Below, in pieces: positions 16,533 to 25,643 of a DNA stretch of 64,000 bases. Under the pieces are notes generated by a model. That model was given only the letters and a program-made list of their open reading frames with translations. It had not been told where the DNA came from and ran no database searches. The translations under genes and the position numbers were made by a program. Each line of letters starts with the position of its first letter. Within the stretch, counting starts at the first letter, position 1. Source of the stretch: Chloroflexota bacterium (GTDB lineage: Bacteria; Chloroflexota; Dehalococcoidia; GIF9; UBA5629); NCBI GenBank assembly GCA_016875925.1, contig VGOO01000002.1, forward strand, positions 4,431-68,430, in the 5' to 3' direction.

Positions 16533-17219
16533 CTAGGGAGCGACACCCCGCTTTGCCCCTCTGCGTGCCTTTTCCTCTGCTACCAGGCCATTCCAACCAT
16601 CGAGAGTTGTTGCCAAGTTATAGAACTTGTCAAAAGAGGTCAGTATATCGTTGATGGGTAAGTCGTCGAATGTACCATAGTCTGTGATATATTCGATATG
16701 TAGCTTGCCGTCGATGCTTCTAGGGTGGAGTATAGCATCATGCTGACCATCAAATTCTACCGGTATCCACCCGTTCTCCTGGCATGTCTGCAGGTCAAAG
16801 GCTGGCGTGGCTTTAGCCCATTTGTTGCCGGTGTAGAGCTCGGTGTACCCGTGGTAAGCGAATACGTTTGTCCTGAGCACTTCCACTGCTTTATCGGAGG
16901 CCAGATGGTTACGGATGTCGGCATGATGTAATCGCGCCGGTATGCCCGATGCCCGAGCCAGGGCTACCAGGAGCACCGCTTTCTGGATGCAGAATCCCTC
17001 TTTTCTATCCAGAGTTGTACTTGCGCGGTAATGTTCCAATGCGTCCAGATGCACGTACATATTGTATTTGATCTCGTCTCTAACAAAGTAGAAAAGGCTT
17101 ATGGCCTTGTCCACGTTGTTGTCTTTGCCTGCGGTAAGGGCTCTAGCCTTTTCAATTATCGATGGATGGTCGCAATCTATTGCCGGGGTAGGCATGAGAA
17201 ATCTCTCCATTTGTTTCAT
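16533..17219 (-). CDS. Transglutaminase-like cysteine protease fold protein
   Basis: EGFCIQKAVLLVALARASGIPARL..YHGYTELY, a Cys/His core. Confidence 0.75.
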   Translation of the reverse strand: MKQMERFLMPTPAIDCDHPSIIEKARALTAGKDNNVDKAISLFYFVRDEIKYNMYVHLDALEHYRASTTLDRKEGFCIQKAVLLVALARASGIPARLHHADIRNHLASDKAVEVLRTNVFAYHGYTELYTGNKWAKATPAFDLQTCQENGWIPVEFDGQHDAILHPRSIDGKLHIEYITDYGTFDDLPINDILTSFDKFYNLATTLDGWNGLVAEEKARRGAKRGVAP

Positions 17220-17224
17220 AGCTA

Positions 17225-18097
17225 CTACCTCCCTAGCACTTTTTTCACGGTAAGCCCGATTTCTGCCGGATTGGGTGCTATAGTAGCCCCAGCGGCGGCC
17301 AATGCAGCCATCTTATCCTGTGCTCTTCCTGAGCTTCCGCTGATGATGGCGCCGGCATGTCCCATCCTTCTTCCTGGTGGAGCGGTAGCACCAGCCACAA
17401 AAGCAACTACTGGCTTGTTCATTTTGGCTTTGATGAACTCGGCTGCCTGCTGCTCGGCGGTGCCTCCGATTTCGCCGATGAGCACCACTGCCCTGGTATC
17501 TTTATCTTGCTGGAACAGCTCCAGTATGTCAACAAAGGTGCTGCCGGGCAATGGGTCACCACCGATGCCCACGCAGGTGGACTGGCCTATATCAAGGCTG
17601 GTGAGCTGGGCTACTGCTTCATAGGTCAGAGTGCCGCTGCGGGAGACAACTCCCACGCTGCCCTTGAGATGTATTTCGCCAGCCATGATACCTACCTTGC
17701 ACTTGCCTGGTGAGATGAGGCCGGGGCAGTTTGGGCCGATGAGCCTGGTATTCTTTCCCTTAAGAAAGCTATGTACGGTTACCATGTCCAATACCGGGAT
17801 GCCTTCGGTGATGCAGACTATCAGCGGCAAGCCAGAGTCTGTTGCTTCCATGATGGCGTCTGCGGCGAAAGCAGGTGGAACGAAGACCATGCTGGCGTTG
17901 GCTCCGGTTTCCCTAGCAGCGGTTTCAACTGTGTTGAATACAGGAACATCGAATATCCTGGTGCCACCTTTTCCTGGGGTGACGCCGGCTACTACTTTGG
18001 TGCCGTACTCCATGCAACGCTGGGTATGAAAGCTGCCCTCGCCTCCGGTTATTCCCTGAACCAGTAATCTCGTCTTTTCGTCAATCAGGATGCTCAA
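17225..18097 (-). CDS. sucD: Succinyl-CoA synthetase alpha subunit
   Basis: [31 protein letters not shown]. Confidence 0.95.
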   Translation of the reverse strand: MSILIDEKTRLLVQGITGGEGSFHTQRCMEYGTKVVAGVTPGKGGTRIFDVPVFNTVETAARETGANASMVFVPPAFAADAIMEATDSGLPLIVCITEGIPVLDMVTVHSFLKGKNTRLIGPNCPGLISPGKCKVGIMAGEIHLKGSVGVVSRSGTLTYEAVAQLTSLDIGQSTCVGIGGDPLPGSTFVDILELFQQDKDTRAVVLIGEIGGTAEQQAAEFIKAKMNKPVVAFVAGATAPPGRRMGHAGAIISGSSGRAQDKMAALAAAGATIAPNPAEIGLTVKKVLGR

Positions 18098-18117
18098 TTA
18101 TTTCCTCCTGGAGAGAT

Positions 18118-19284
18118 TTAGGAACCCTTGGCGGCTGCCACTGCTTTCTTGGCAGCATCGTAGAAGTCGCTAGCTTCAATTAATTTCAGCCTGGATTCGG
18201 CTAGGATGCGCTTACCCTCAGTAACGTTAGTACCGGCTAACCTGACCACCAGCGGCATATCGATGTCCATGTGTTTATGGGCTTCGACTATACCCTGGGC
18301 TATGATGTCCACGCGGGTCATGCCGCCGAAGATGTTAACCATAATTGCCTTCACATTGGGGTCGGTAGTAAATACCTTAAAAGCGCTGACGACGCGGTCA
18401 ACGTTGTTGACGGTGCCGATATCGAGGAAGTTGGCTGGACGGCCGCCGGCATGGGTAATCAGGTCCATCACTGCCATAGCCAGGCCAGCGCCATTGACAA
18501 GACACCCGATATTGCCGTCCATCTTGATGTAGTTTTTGACCCCTAGCTGGTTGGCTTGGACTTCGAGCGGGTCCTCCTGTTTCAGGTCGTGGAGTTGTTC
18601 AATGTCGGTATGGCGGAAGAGGGCATTGTCTTCGAAATTCACCTTGGCATCGAGGGCCAACAGATTGCCGTCAGCGGTGATGACTAACGGGTTGATTTCC
18701 ACCAGTGAACAGTCCTTGGCTTTGAAGAGCTTGTAGAGGTTGCTCATCAGGCTGCTGGCTGGGCGCATCTGCTCCTGGGACAGGTTCATGCCGTAAGCCA
18801 GCTTGCGACCCTGGAAGGGCTGGAATCCTGCTGCCGGGTCGATGAAAGCCTTCAGTATTCTCTCAGGCGTCTTTTGGGCTATCTCTTCGATATCCATGCC
18901 GCCGGCTTCGCTGGCCATCATCACGGGCATGCGGTTGGCGCCATCCACGATGATGCTGAGGTACAGCTCTCGTTTTATTTCCATTGCCTTTTCCACCAGC
19001 ACCTTGCTCACGGGCACGCCTTCGGCGGTGGTTTGATGAGTCACCAGCCTGGTGCCCAGAATTTGGCCTGCGGCCTTTTCGGCTTCCTCAGGGCTGTTGG
19101 CTGCTTTGATGCCGCCGGCTTTGCCCCGGCCGCCGGCATAGACCTGGGCCTTGATGGCCACCTTGCCACCCAGCTTAGAGGCGATGCTTTTGGCTTCGGC
19201 TGGCGAGTCGGCTACGGCGCCTTCAGGTATGGGGATGCCGTATTCGGCTAATAGCGCCTTAGCCTGGTATTCGTGGATTTTCAT
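18118..19284 (-). CDS. sucC: Succinyl-CoA synthetase beta subunit
   Basis: MKIHEYQAKALLAEYGIPIP..GGRGKAGGIK..NIFGGMTR. Confidence 0.95.
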   Translation of the reverse strand: MKIHEYQAKALLAEYGIPIPEGAVADSPAEAKSIASKLGGKVAIKAQVYAGGRGKAGGIKAANSPEEAEKAAGQILGTRLVTHQTTAEGVPVSKVLVEKAMEIKRELYLSIIVDGANRMPVMMASEAGGMDIEEIAQKTPERILKAFIDPAAGFQPFQGRKLAYGMNLSQEQMRPASSLMSNLYKLFKAKDCSLVEINPLVITADGNLLALDAKVNFEDNALFRHTDIEQLHDLKQEDPLEVQANQLGVKNYIKMDGNIGCLVNGAGLAMAVMDLITHAGGRPANFLDIGTVNNVDRVVSAFKVFTTDPNVKAIMVNIFGGMTRVDIIAQGIVEAHKHMDIDMPLVVRLAGTNVTEGKRILAESRLKLIEASDFYDAAKKAVAAAKGS

Positions 19285-19328
19285 ATATATTCCTCCCTGT
19301 AAAGGTTAACTGCACTGTTGGTCTTTGG

Positions 19329-19419
19329 TGGCGGAGGGGGTGGGATTCGAACCCACGTCCCGATACAATCGGGAAACGGTTTTCAAGACCGTCGCCATCG
19401 TCCACTCGGCCACCCCTCC
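19329..19419 (-). tRNA. tRNA-Ser (anticodon UGA)
   Basis: The reverse complement reads GGAGGGGTGGCCGAGTGGACGATGGCGACGGTCTTGAAAACCGTTTCCCGATTGTATCGGGACGTGGGTTCGAATCCCACCCCCTCCGCCA. 7-bp acceptor stem, anticodon loop CU-UGA-AA, long variable arm, T-loop GGTTCGAATCC, encoded CCA. Confidence 0.9.
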
Positions 19420-19530
19420 CAAAAACCATCCTAGTATAGGGAATCAGCTTCACTTTTAGCAACCTGACACCTGAAACAGCAGTACCAGAACAAATCCAAT
19501 CTATTGTCTAATATTAATGTTGGATTGATA

Positions 19531-19851
19531 TTAGGAGGTCAGAGTATTATTGCCCATATCATTCTGCAGCGCTCCTTTGCCATAGCCTTCTTCTTCCAGC
19601 TTTTCCATGAGTCGGGCAGCCCTGGGGTAGCCGATACGCAAGCGGCGCTGCAAAAAGGAAGCTGAGATGTTTTTATATTCTATGGCTAGCTGTCTGGCGG
19701 CTTGCAGCATGGCATCTTCACCGTTTTTTTCAACTGAATTTAGTTGTTCCATGTCCTCAAGCCTGACCGGTTTAACCTCAGGTTTTCTTTGGTTACTCCA
19801 GAAATCGACTATCCTCTCGATTTCAGCATCGGAGATAAAAGTCCCCTTTTC
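19531..19851 (-). pseudogene. Duplicated 3' fragment of ftsK (gamma/winged-helix domain); possibly a stand-alone 73-aa product from an internal ATG
   Basis: It translates as ..GTFISDAEIERIVDFWSNQRKPEVKPVRLEDMEQLNSVEKNGEDAMLQAARQLAIEYKNISASFLQRRLRIGYPRAARLMEKLEEEGYGKG. 19573-19847 aligns without gaps to 21931-22205, with about 13 mismatches in 275 by hand count. Confidence 0.7.
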
Positions 19852-21567
19852 TTATTCATTCATGGCATATTCCCCGTTTAAGGGAAATACATATTTCTCC
19901 CATACCCGGTTGTACTGTGCCTCGTCTCCCTTGGCATTGAGCAGCATAATATCTTTGCAGTAGGCTCTCTGCGCGTCCGTGGTGTTGTGCAGACCATAGA
20001 TCTGCAGGGCAAAGAGGGCGAAGTCGCGCACCATAAAATCGAAGATCTGGTTTACGATGTCCACGTCAATTTTGTCAAAAGCAACCTGTTCCAAGATAAG
20101 CTGGCCGTAGACAACGATGGAAAACATCTCACCCAGGGGCAGGGAGAATGAGGGATCCATATCCTGTGCCGCATCTGGGCCGGCTTTCTCCAGAAACGCC
20201 TTGAATAGCTCGATCTGATCCATAAAGATGGCGACATTCGGAAGTGTTCGGCTGGCGTCGAAGACAGGGCGATAATCGTGGAACTGCACGGCACCTAAAC
20301 CCTTTGTTGGTCCCTGATTGAACAGGAAGAGATCGCCCTTTGCGGAAAAATCGGGCATCACTGGCGAATAGGTAGCAGGATTGAAGAAGTAGTTTTTCAT
20401 GAACTTGCGGATAAGCTGGATATTGACGTGAACCGTTCCCTCCAGCTTGGATGGGCCACGGATGTCCTGGGCGCCCAGGGCGAAATACGTGTCCTTTTCG
20501 AAACCCTTGGCGGCAATGACGTCCCAGAGCAAATTGATGACTTCCTCGGCCTGTAGGGTGACTTTCATCTTGCTGGTCGGGTTATAGAGCAGGTAGCGTC
20601 GGTCAGTTTCATTGGCGTTGCGGAAATAGTCGGTTGCGCGTCGCTGGTAGAGTTTCATCCCCACGATACGGAGCCAGGCATCCATGAAATTCTTCTTCAC
20701 ATGGGGCATGTTGGTAACGGGCATACCGTAAAGGATGCGGTTGGCCGCGTGAGTGATAGCTTCGTAAAAGCAATGCTCGGAAACGCCGATGGAGGCCGGA
20801 CCGATATTGAACTTACCGATGTTGACCGTGTTGAGCGCCGCATCCCAGGCGGACGAGCCTTTCTCGAGAATATCGTCCTCGCCGATGGGGTAATCGTGGA
20901 GGGCAAAGTTGGCAACATATTCCTGATGGGAGATAACGTTCCTCTTGAGTTCGTAAGCCTTATGCCGGTAATTGGTGACGAAAAAGCAGTAGTCGTCCGT
21001 GCCATCCCTGATCCTGCCTAAGGTGGAGACCATCTCTGCCTCATTGCCGTTCCCGATGTAGTATTTTTCACCGTTGGCCAGCCACCCGCCGTCTTTTTGC
21101 GGCGTCAGGGACAATTCGGTGCCGTAGATGTCGGCGCCATGGTCGCGTTCTGACAGGCCGAAGGCGAAGATCGCTCCTTTTTTGAGGAGGGCTGCCGCCT
21201 TCTGCTTGGCCTTCTCGTTGCCGCTCATCCAGATAGGTCCCAAACCCAGAATGCTTACCTGAAAACAGTACCAGTACCCCAGCCCATAAAAGGCCAGAAG
21301 CTCGCTGTAATCATTATTACGAGCCGTATCCCACCGACAGTCAGGATCGCCGCTTCCATAGCGACTCGGCGTGAGGAGTTTGGCGAAGATCTGCTCTTTT
21401 CCGATAAAATCGACAAATTCACGGTACCAGACTTTTTTATTGAAATCTTCCGTCAGACGGGTTTTTCCCATCGTCTCAAAGAAGGCGATGGTCTTCTCCA
21501 TGATAGCCCGGGTTCCCTCATCCGCCGTGAGGCTTCGGTATTTCTTGGGTTGCAGCAAATAATTCAT
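19852..21567 (-). CDS. Acyl-CoA dehydrogenase family protein (long, about 570 aa)
   Basis: AFGLSERDHGADIY, GEKYYIGNGN, and a helical C-terminal domain with ..IRGPSKLEGTVHVN. Confidence 0.75.
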   Translation of the reverse strand: MNYLLQPKKYRSLTADEGTRAIMEKTIAFFETMGKTRLTEDFNKKVWYREFVDFIGKEQIFAKLLTPSRYGSGDPDCRWDTARNNDYSELLAFYGLGYWYCFQVSILGLGPIWMSGNEKAKQKAAALLKKGAIFAFGLSERDHGADIYGTELSLTPQKDGGWLANGEKYYIGNGNEAEMVSTLGRIRDGTDDYCFFVTNYRHKAYELKRNVISHQEYVANFALHDYPIGEDDILEKGSSAWDAALNTVNIGKFNIGPASIGVSEHCFYEAITHAANRILYGMPVTNMPHVKKNFMDAWLRIVGMKLYQRRATDYFRNANETDRRYLLYNPTSKMKVTLQAEEVINLLWDVIAAKGFEKDTYFALGAQDIRGPSKLEGTVHVNIQLIRKFMKNYFFNPATYSPVMPDFSAKGDLFLFNQGPTKGLGAVQFHDYRPVFDASRTLPNVAIFMDQIELFKAFLEKAGPDAAQDMDPSFSLPLGEMFSIVVYGQLILEQVAFDKIDVDIVNQIFDFMVRDFALFALQIYGLHNTTDAQRAYCKDIMLLNAKGDEAQYNRVWEKYVFPLNGEYAMNE

Positions 21568-21612
21568 AAGCCCTCCTTATTTTATGAAGTCGATAATTTT
21601 CTGATAGATCCT

Positions 21613-21747
21613 TTAAATGTACTCCGCAATCTCGTTTTTCTGGACATTTAGCTCTTCGACGTGCTTGACCGAGTTGAGCAGTCCGATTTCTTCATAATAA
21701 CGAATGGTCCGCTTAGGTTGCCCCTTAAAAGGGTACCACTTTTTAAT
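21613..21747 (-). pseudogene. MerR-family HTH remnant (no start codon, about 44 codons)
   Basis: The minus-strand frame reads IKKWYPFKGQPKRTIRYYEEIGLLNSVKHVEELNVQKNEIAEYI*. RTIRYYEEIGLL is the MerR recognition-helix signature. The first helix and the dimerisation helix are absent. Confidence 0.35.
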
Positions 21748-21906
21748 TTAGAGTCGCCACCAGTACAGCTTCTGGACCCGGTGGTCGGCAGTTGAATGCA
21801 CGATGCGGTCGTGGCTGGAAGCTCCTCTTACCAATTAAACAGCACCCATTCTTGATCTCCAGTCTAAATTGATACTGGACTCGTTTTCGGGTGGTAGGTC
21901 AGATTA

Positions 21907-24543
21907 TCACTCATCATATTTTTCTGCCGTTCCTTTGCCATAGCCCTCTTCCTCTAGCCTTTCCATAATTCGGGCAGCCCTGGGGTAGCCGATACGCAGG
22001 CGACGCTGCAAAAAGGAAGCTGAGATGTTTTTATATTCTATGGCTAGCTGCCTGGCGGCTTGCAGCATGGCATCTTCACCGTTTTTTTCAACTGAATTTA
22101 GTTGTTCCATGTCCTCAAACCTGACCGGTTTAACCTCGGGTCTTCTTTGGTTACTCCAGAAATCGACTATCCTTTCGATTTCAGCATCGGAGATAAAAGT
22201 CCCCTGAAGGCGTTTTGGTTTGCTGGCGTCTGTGGGCATGTACAGCATGTCGCCTCTGCCCAGCAGTTTCTCGGCTCCGGCAGAATCGAGAATGGTCCTT
22301 GAGTCCACCTGGGACGTGAGCGCAAAGCTGATGCGCGTGGGGAAATTGGCCTTGATGAGTCCGGTTACTACGTCAACAGATGGACGCTGGGTAGCTACAA
22401 TGAGGTGGATGCCGGTTGCACGTGCCAGTTGGGCTAAGCGGCACAATGTTTGCTCTACCTCGTCAAAAGCTAACATCATCAGGTCAGCCAGCTCATCGAT
22501 GACCAGCACTATATAGGGCATTGTATCGTCATGCTGTCGATTTGCATTGTAGCTATCGATGTTGCGAGCCCCAGCCTGTGCAAACCTGTGGTAGCGGTTG
22601 TCCATCTCCTGCATTAGCCAGCGCAGCGCCAGTATTGCCTTGTCAGAATCCACAACCACTGGAGCTATGAGGTGGGGCAAACTATTGTAATTGACTAGCT
22701 CTACTCGTTTTGGATCAATCATGATCAACTGCAGGTCATCGGGGGTATTGTGTATGAGGAGGCAGCAAATTATAGAGTTGAGGCAGGCGGTCTTGCCGCT
22801 GCCAGTAGCGCCGGCAATAAGTAGATGGGGCATTCTATCCAGGTGGGCAGCTACTGTTTCTCCTCCTGCTCCTTTGCCCAGGGCCAGAGCCAGCTTTGAC
22901 CTGGCATGTGCCTTCTGAAAAGCGGCGCTCTCGATTACACCACGTAGATTGACAAGACTGAAGGTAGTATTGGGCACCTCAATGCCCACCACTGATTTTC
23001 CCGGCACCGGAGCTTCGATTCTAATGCTTGGCGCGGCCAGCGCCAGGGCAAGGTCGTTAGCCAGGGCACTGATACGGTCTACCTTGACCCTGGTCTTTGA
23101 TATCTCCTCAAGCCGGGTGTGAGCATTGCCAAGTTCGTCTCGCTCTCGGACCCTTTTGTATTTGCGGTCCCAACCTGGCTCGACTCCGAACTGGGTTACT
23201 GTTGGCCCAACGTTAATCTGGACTACTTTAGCCTCAACACCGTAGCTGTTTATGGCCTCTTCGATGAGCTGTGCCCGCTTCTCGATGTCACTCTGGCTTA
23301 GCTCTATTTCCGTGGGCTTATCCAGAATATTTACTGGCGGCAGGTACCAGCCACCGGTGGTAAACACCGACTGGTATTTTATTGGCCCATCTGACTCGGG
23401 AGCAAGTATTTTGTGCGCTGGTGGAGGGGTTATGATGGGGGTTTCTGTAACAGTCTGTTTTTCCCGCTGTGGGGGCGTTTCTGTTTTTGGTGGTGTGGCA
23501 ACTACTTCATTAAAAAGCTGTATTTCTCTGGTAGCAGGGACTGCTGGCGTTTTTGGAGGCATAACACTGATGGCTTTGATAACCGGTTGTATTTCCCTGG
23601 GGGGAGGCATTGTGGGAGTTGTTGGAGGCGTGATGCTGAGAGCTTGTGTAATATGTTGCTTCTCTTCCACAGCAGGCACTTCGGTTGTTTCTTGAGGTGC
23701 TGCGCTGACAGCTTCTATGTCTGGCTGTTTTTCCTCGAGAACAGGTGCTTCTTCTGTTATTGGAGGCGTGGTGTCTACTGGTTGCTGTTCCTCAGGCGTA
23801 GGTTCTTCCGGTTGAGGCATGACAACGGGGGCTTGTAAGTCTGACTCCTTTTCCTCTATGCTAGGGATTTCGTCTTCTGTTGTAGGAATGACACTGGTGG
23901 TTTGCGCAACCGGCTGTTTTCCCTCTGTGGCAGGGGCTTCAGGTGTTTCTGGGGGTGTGATGCTGGCAGCTTCCATGACCGACTGTTCCTCCGGAGCAGG
24001 CACTTCGGCTGTTGGAGGTGTGATATCCGTGGCTTGTGTCACTGGCTGTTTTTCCTCGGGAGTGGACACACCGGTTGAAAAGGGCATAATGACTGTGGTT
24101 TCTGTACCTGTTTCTTCTTCCTCAGAGGAGGTCACTTCAGGTGTTTTTTGAGGTGTGGCGCTGATGGTCTCTGTAACAGGTTTTTGCTTTTCGGGAGCGG
24201 GTGCTCCAGCTGAAAAAGGCATAACAACCTTGGCTTCTGTATCTGCCTTTTTCCTTTCGGTTCTAGCGAATTGGTTGTCTGTTTCTGATTTGGTCGGTCC
24301 AGGTTTGAATTTGGGCTGACGCTGGCTGGTGATGCCTGATGGTGGTGCCAGCGGTGGTGTAGCCGGTGACCTCGCTGTTTGAGGCTTAGGTGGTTTTCCC
24401 TGTGGCGGCATTGCCTGCCGCTTGCTGCCGAAAAGAAAACCACAACTGGGGCAACGACCGGTTGCCTTGTTTATCTTTATCCCGCAACGTGGGCAATTGT
24501 TAGGATTTGTTATAGTTCGTTCTATATTGGATGGTCTTGGCAC
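21907..24543 (-). CDS. ftsK: FtsK/SpoIIIE DNA translocase with an N-terminal zinc ribbon and a repetitive P/T/E-rich linker
   Basis: N-terminus CPRCGIKINKATGRCPSCG. Walker A LIAGATGSGKTACLNS, Walker B YIVLVIDELADLMM, ATQRPSVDV, and gamma domain ISASFLQRRLRIGYPRAARIMERLEEEG. Confidence 0.9.
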   Translation of the reverse strand: MPRPSNIERTITNPNNCPRCGIKINKATGRCPSCGFLFGSKRQAMPPQGKPPKPQTARSPATPPLAPPSGITSQRQPKFKPGPTKSETDNQFARTERKKADTEAKVVMPFSAGAPAPEKQKPVTETISATPQKTPEVTSSEEEETGTETTVIMPFSTGVSTPEEKQPVTQATDITPPTAEVPAPEEQSVMEAASITPPETPEAPATEGKQPVAQTTSVIPTTEDEIPSIEEKESDLQAPVVMPQPEEPTPEEQQPVDTTPPITEEAPVLEEKQPDIEAVSAAPQETTEVPAVEEKQHITQALSITPPTTPTMPPPREIQPVIKAISVMPPKTPAVPATREIQLFNEVVATPPKTETPPQREKQTVTETPIITPPPAHKILAPESDGPIKYQSVFTTGGWYLPPVNILDKPTEIELSQSDIEKRAQLIEEAINSYGVEAKVVQINVGPTVTQFGVEPGWDRKYKRVRERDELGNAHTRLEEISKTRVKVDRISALANDLALALAAPSIRIEAPVPGKSVVGIEVPNTTFSLVNLRGVIESAAFQKAHARSKLALALGKGAGGETVAAHLDRMPHLLIAGATGSGKTACLNSIICCLLIHNTPDDLQLIMIDPKRVELVNYNSLPHLIAPVVVDSDKAILALRWLMQEMDNRYHRFAQAGARNIDSYNANRQHDDTMPYIVLVIDELADLMMLAFDEVEQTLCRLAQLARATGIHLIVATQRPSVDVVTGLIKANFPTRISFALTSQVDSRTILDSAGAEKLLGRGDMLYMPTDASKPKRLQGTFISDAEIERIVDFWSNQRRPEVKPVRFEDMEQLNSVEKNGEDAMLQAARQLAIEYKNISASFLQRRLRIGYPRAARIMERLEEEGYGKGTAEKYDE

Positions 24544-24931
24544 AGTAGTTCACCTGGACTTCGTGCTATTGTCCCAATCAGATTAACCCTCCCCCACCTC
24601 TTGGTGTCTTTATCTGCAACTTGTTCCCTGTTCATCTTCATTAGTTGCTATATATAATAACCTCTTTTGTTATGCTTCGTTTATTGGATGCCTCGGAAAA
24701 TTGCTATCTGGCTTCTTCAGAGCGGCCTTCTCATTCTGATTATCCATAATTTGGGTTATGTGATTCCATTAATTGTACCACTTCTTAAGCTTGAGTTATG
24801 GCGCAATAGCATTAAAGTAGCAGCTCCAAAGTTATATTTTGGGATGAGAGGGTGGTTCGCCGCCTCGCCATTGACAGAATAAGTCAGAAGTAAATGGAGA
24901 GAGTCAAAGATGAAGGCTGCTGTGAATTCGG

Positions 24932-24940
24932 TGGTATAAT
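24932..24940 (+). promoter_or_regulatory. Candidate extended -10 promoter element (TGgTATAAT)
   Basis: tggtataat lies 21 nt upstream of ATG 24961. I saw no good -35, and the leader would be very short. Confidence 0.3.
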
Positions 24941-24960
24941 GGGTGGTCAGGAGGTAGCCG

Positions 24961-25638
24961 ATGCAAATCGATATCTTGGGCATATGCGGCAGCCCTGTTA
25001 AAGGGGGCAACACTGAGGTTTTCCTGAGTGAATGTTTGAAAGCAACTGAGGCTGAGGGCGATGTGAATACGAAGCTGATTTCACTGGCTGGCAAGGATAT
25101 CAAGGATTGCAGGCACTGTAACTGGTGTCTGAGGAAGCAGGAGGAGAACAAGTTCTGTGCGCAGCAGGATGATATGCAGGAGATATATCAGGCGATGGTA
25201 GAAGCAGATGCTGTGCTTTTTGCCAGTCCAGCCTATATCGGCAGGCTTTCTGGATATATGGCTTGCATGATAGACAGGTTGCGTGCTTTTGTGTATGGGA
25301 ACCAATATGGGGGAAAGTTGAAGAATAAGGTTGGTGGCGCCTTGGCGGTAGCCTGGGGCAGAAATTCGGGGCTGGAGACCACGCTGCTTAGTCTGGTATC
25401 TGCTATATTCATACTGGGGATGATACCTGTAATACCACTGGCGAGTCCTGGTTCGCCATTTGGTGCTGCTGGGGTTTCCAGCGAGGGGGGGACGGGGAGA
25501 TTTAATCGCGAGGATAAACTGCTGGTGTTGAGGGATGAGTATGGGCTGGTAGGCGCCAGGGGGCTGGGTAAGAGGCTAGTTGAGGTAACCAGGCTGCTTA
25601 AGGTGGGTGGGGGAGCCCTTTCTGGCCAGGGGAGGTAG
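24961..25638 (+). CDS. Flavodoxin-fold NADPH-dependent FMN reductase / iron-sulfur flavoprotein-like
   Basis: ILGICGSPVKGGNTEVFL, Cys cluster CRHCNWCLRKQEENKFC, and LFASPAYIGRLSG. Confidence 0.8.
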   Translation: MQIDILGICGSPVKGGNTEVFLSECLKATEAEGDVNTKLISLAGKDIKDCRHCNWCLRKQEENKFCAQQDDMQEIYQAMVEADAVLFASPAYIGRLSGYMACMIDRLRAFVYGNQYGGKLKNKVGGALAVAWGRNSGLETTLLSLVSAIFILGMIPVIPLASPGSPFGAAGVSSEGGTGRFNREDKLLVLRDEYGLVGARGLGKRLVEVTRLLKVGGGALSGQGR

Positions 25639-25643
25639 CACGG

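Noticed and set aside
17031-17624. 197-aa plus-strand ORF
   Set aside because: It is antisense to the transglutaminase-like gene and sucD.
19259-19462. 67-aa minus-strand ORF
   Set aside because: It overlaps the tRNA-Ser gene completely.
19329-21906. Integrative element inserted at tRNA-Ser
   Set aside because: There is no integrase or recombinase, and the tRNA 3' end is not duplicated. The duplicated sequence is the ftsK tail, so I report it as a duplication/insertion scar only.
23252-24151. Several plus-strand ORFs (23252-23695, 23413-23838, 23819-24151)
   Set aside because: These are shadows of the repetitive P/T/E linker of ftsK on the opposite strand.
24667-25151. ORFs 24667-24882 (+) and 24756-25151 (-) in the ftsK / flavoprotein divergent spacer
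   Set aside because: They have no motifs and no RBS, and the second overlaps the flavoprotein start. I treat the spacer as a promoter region.
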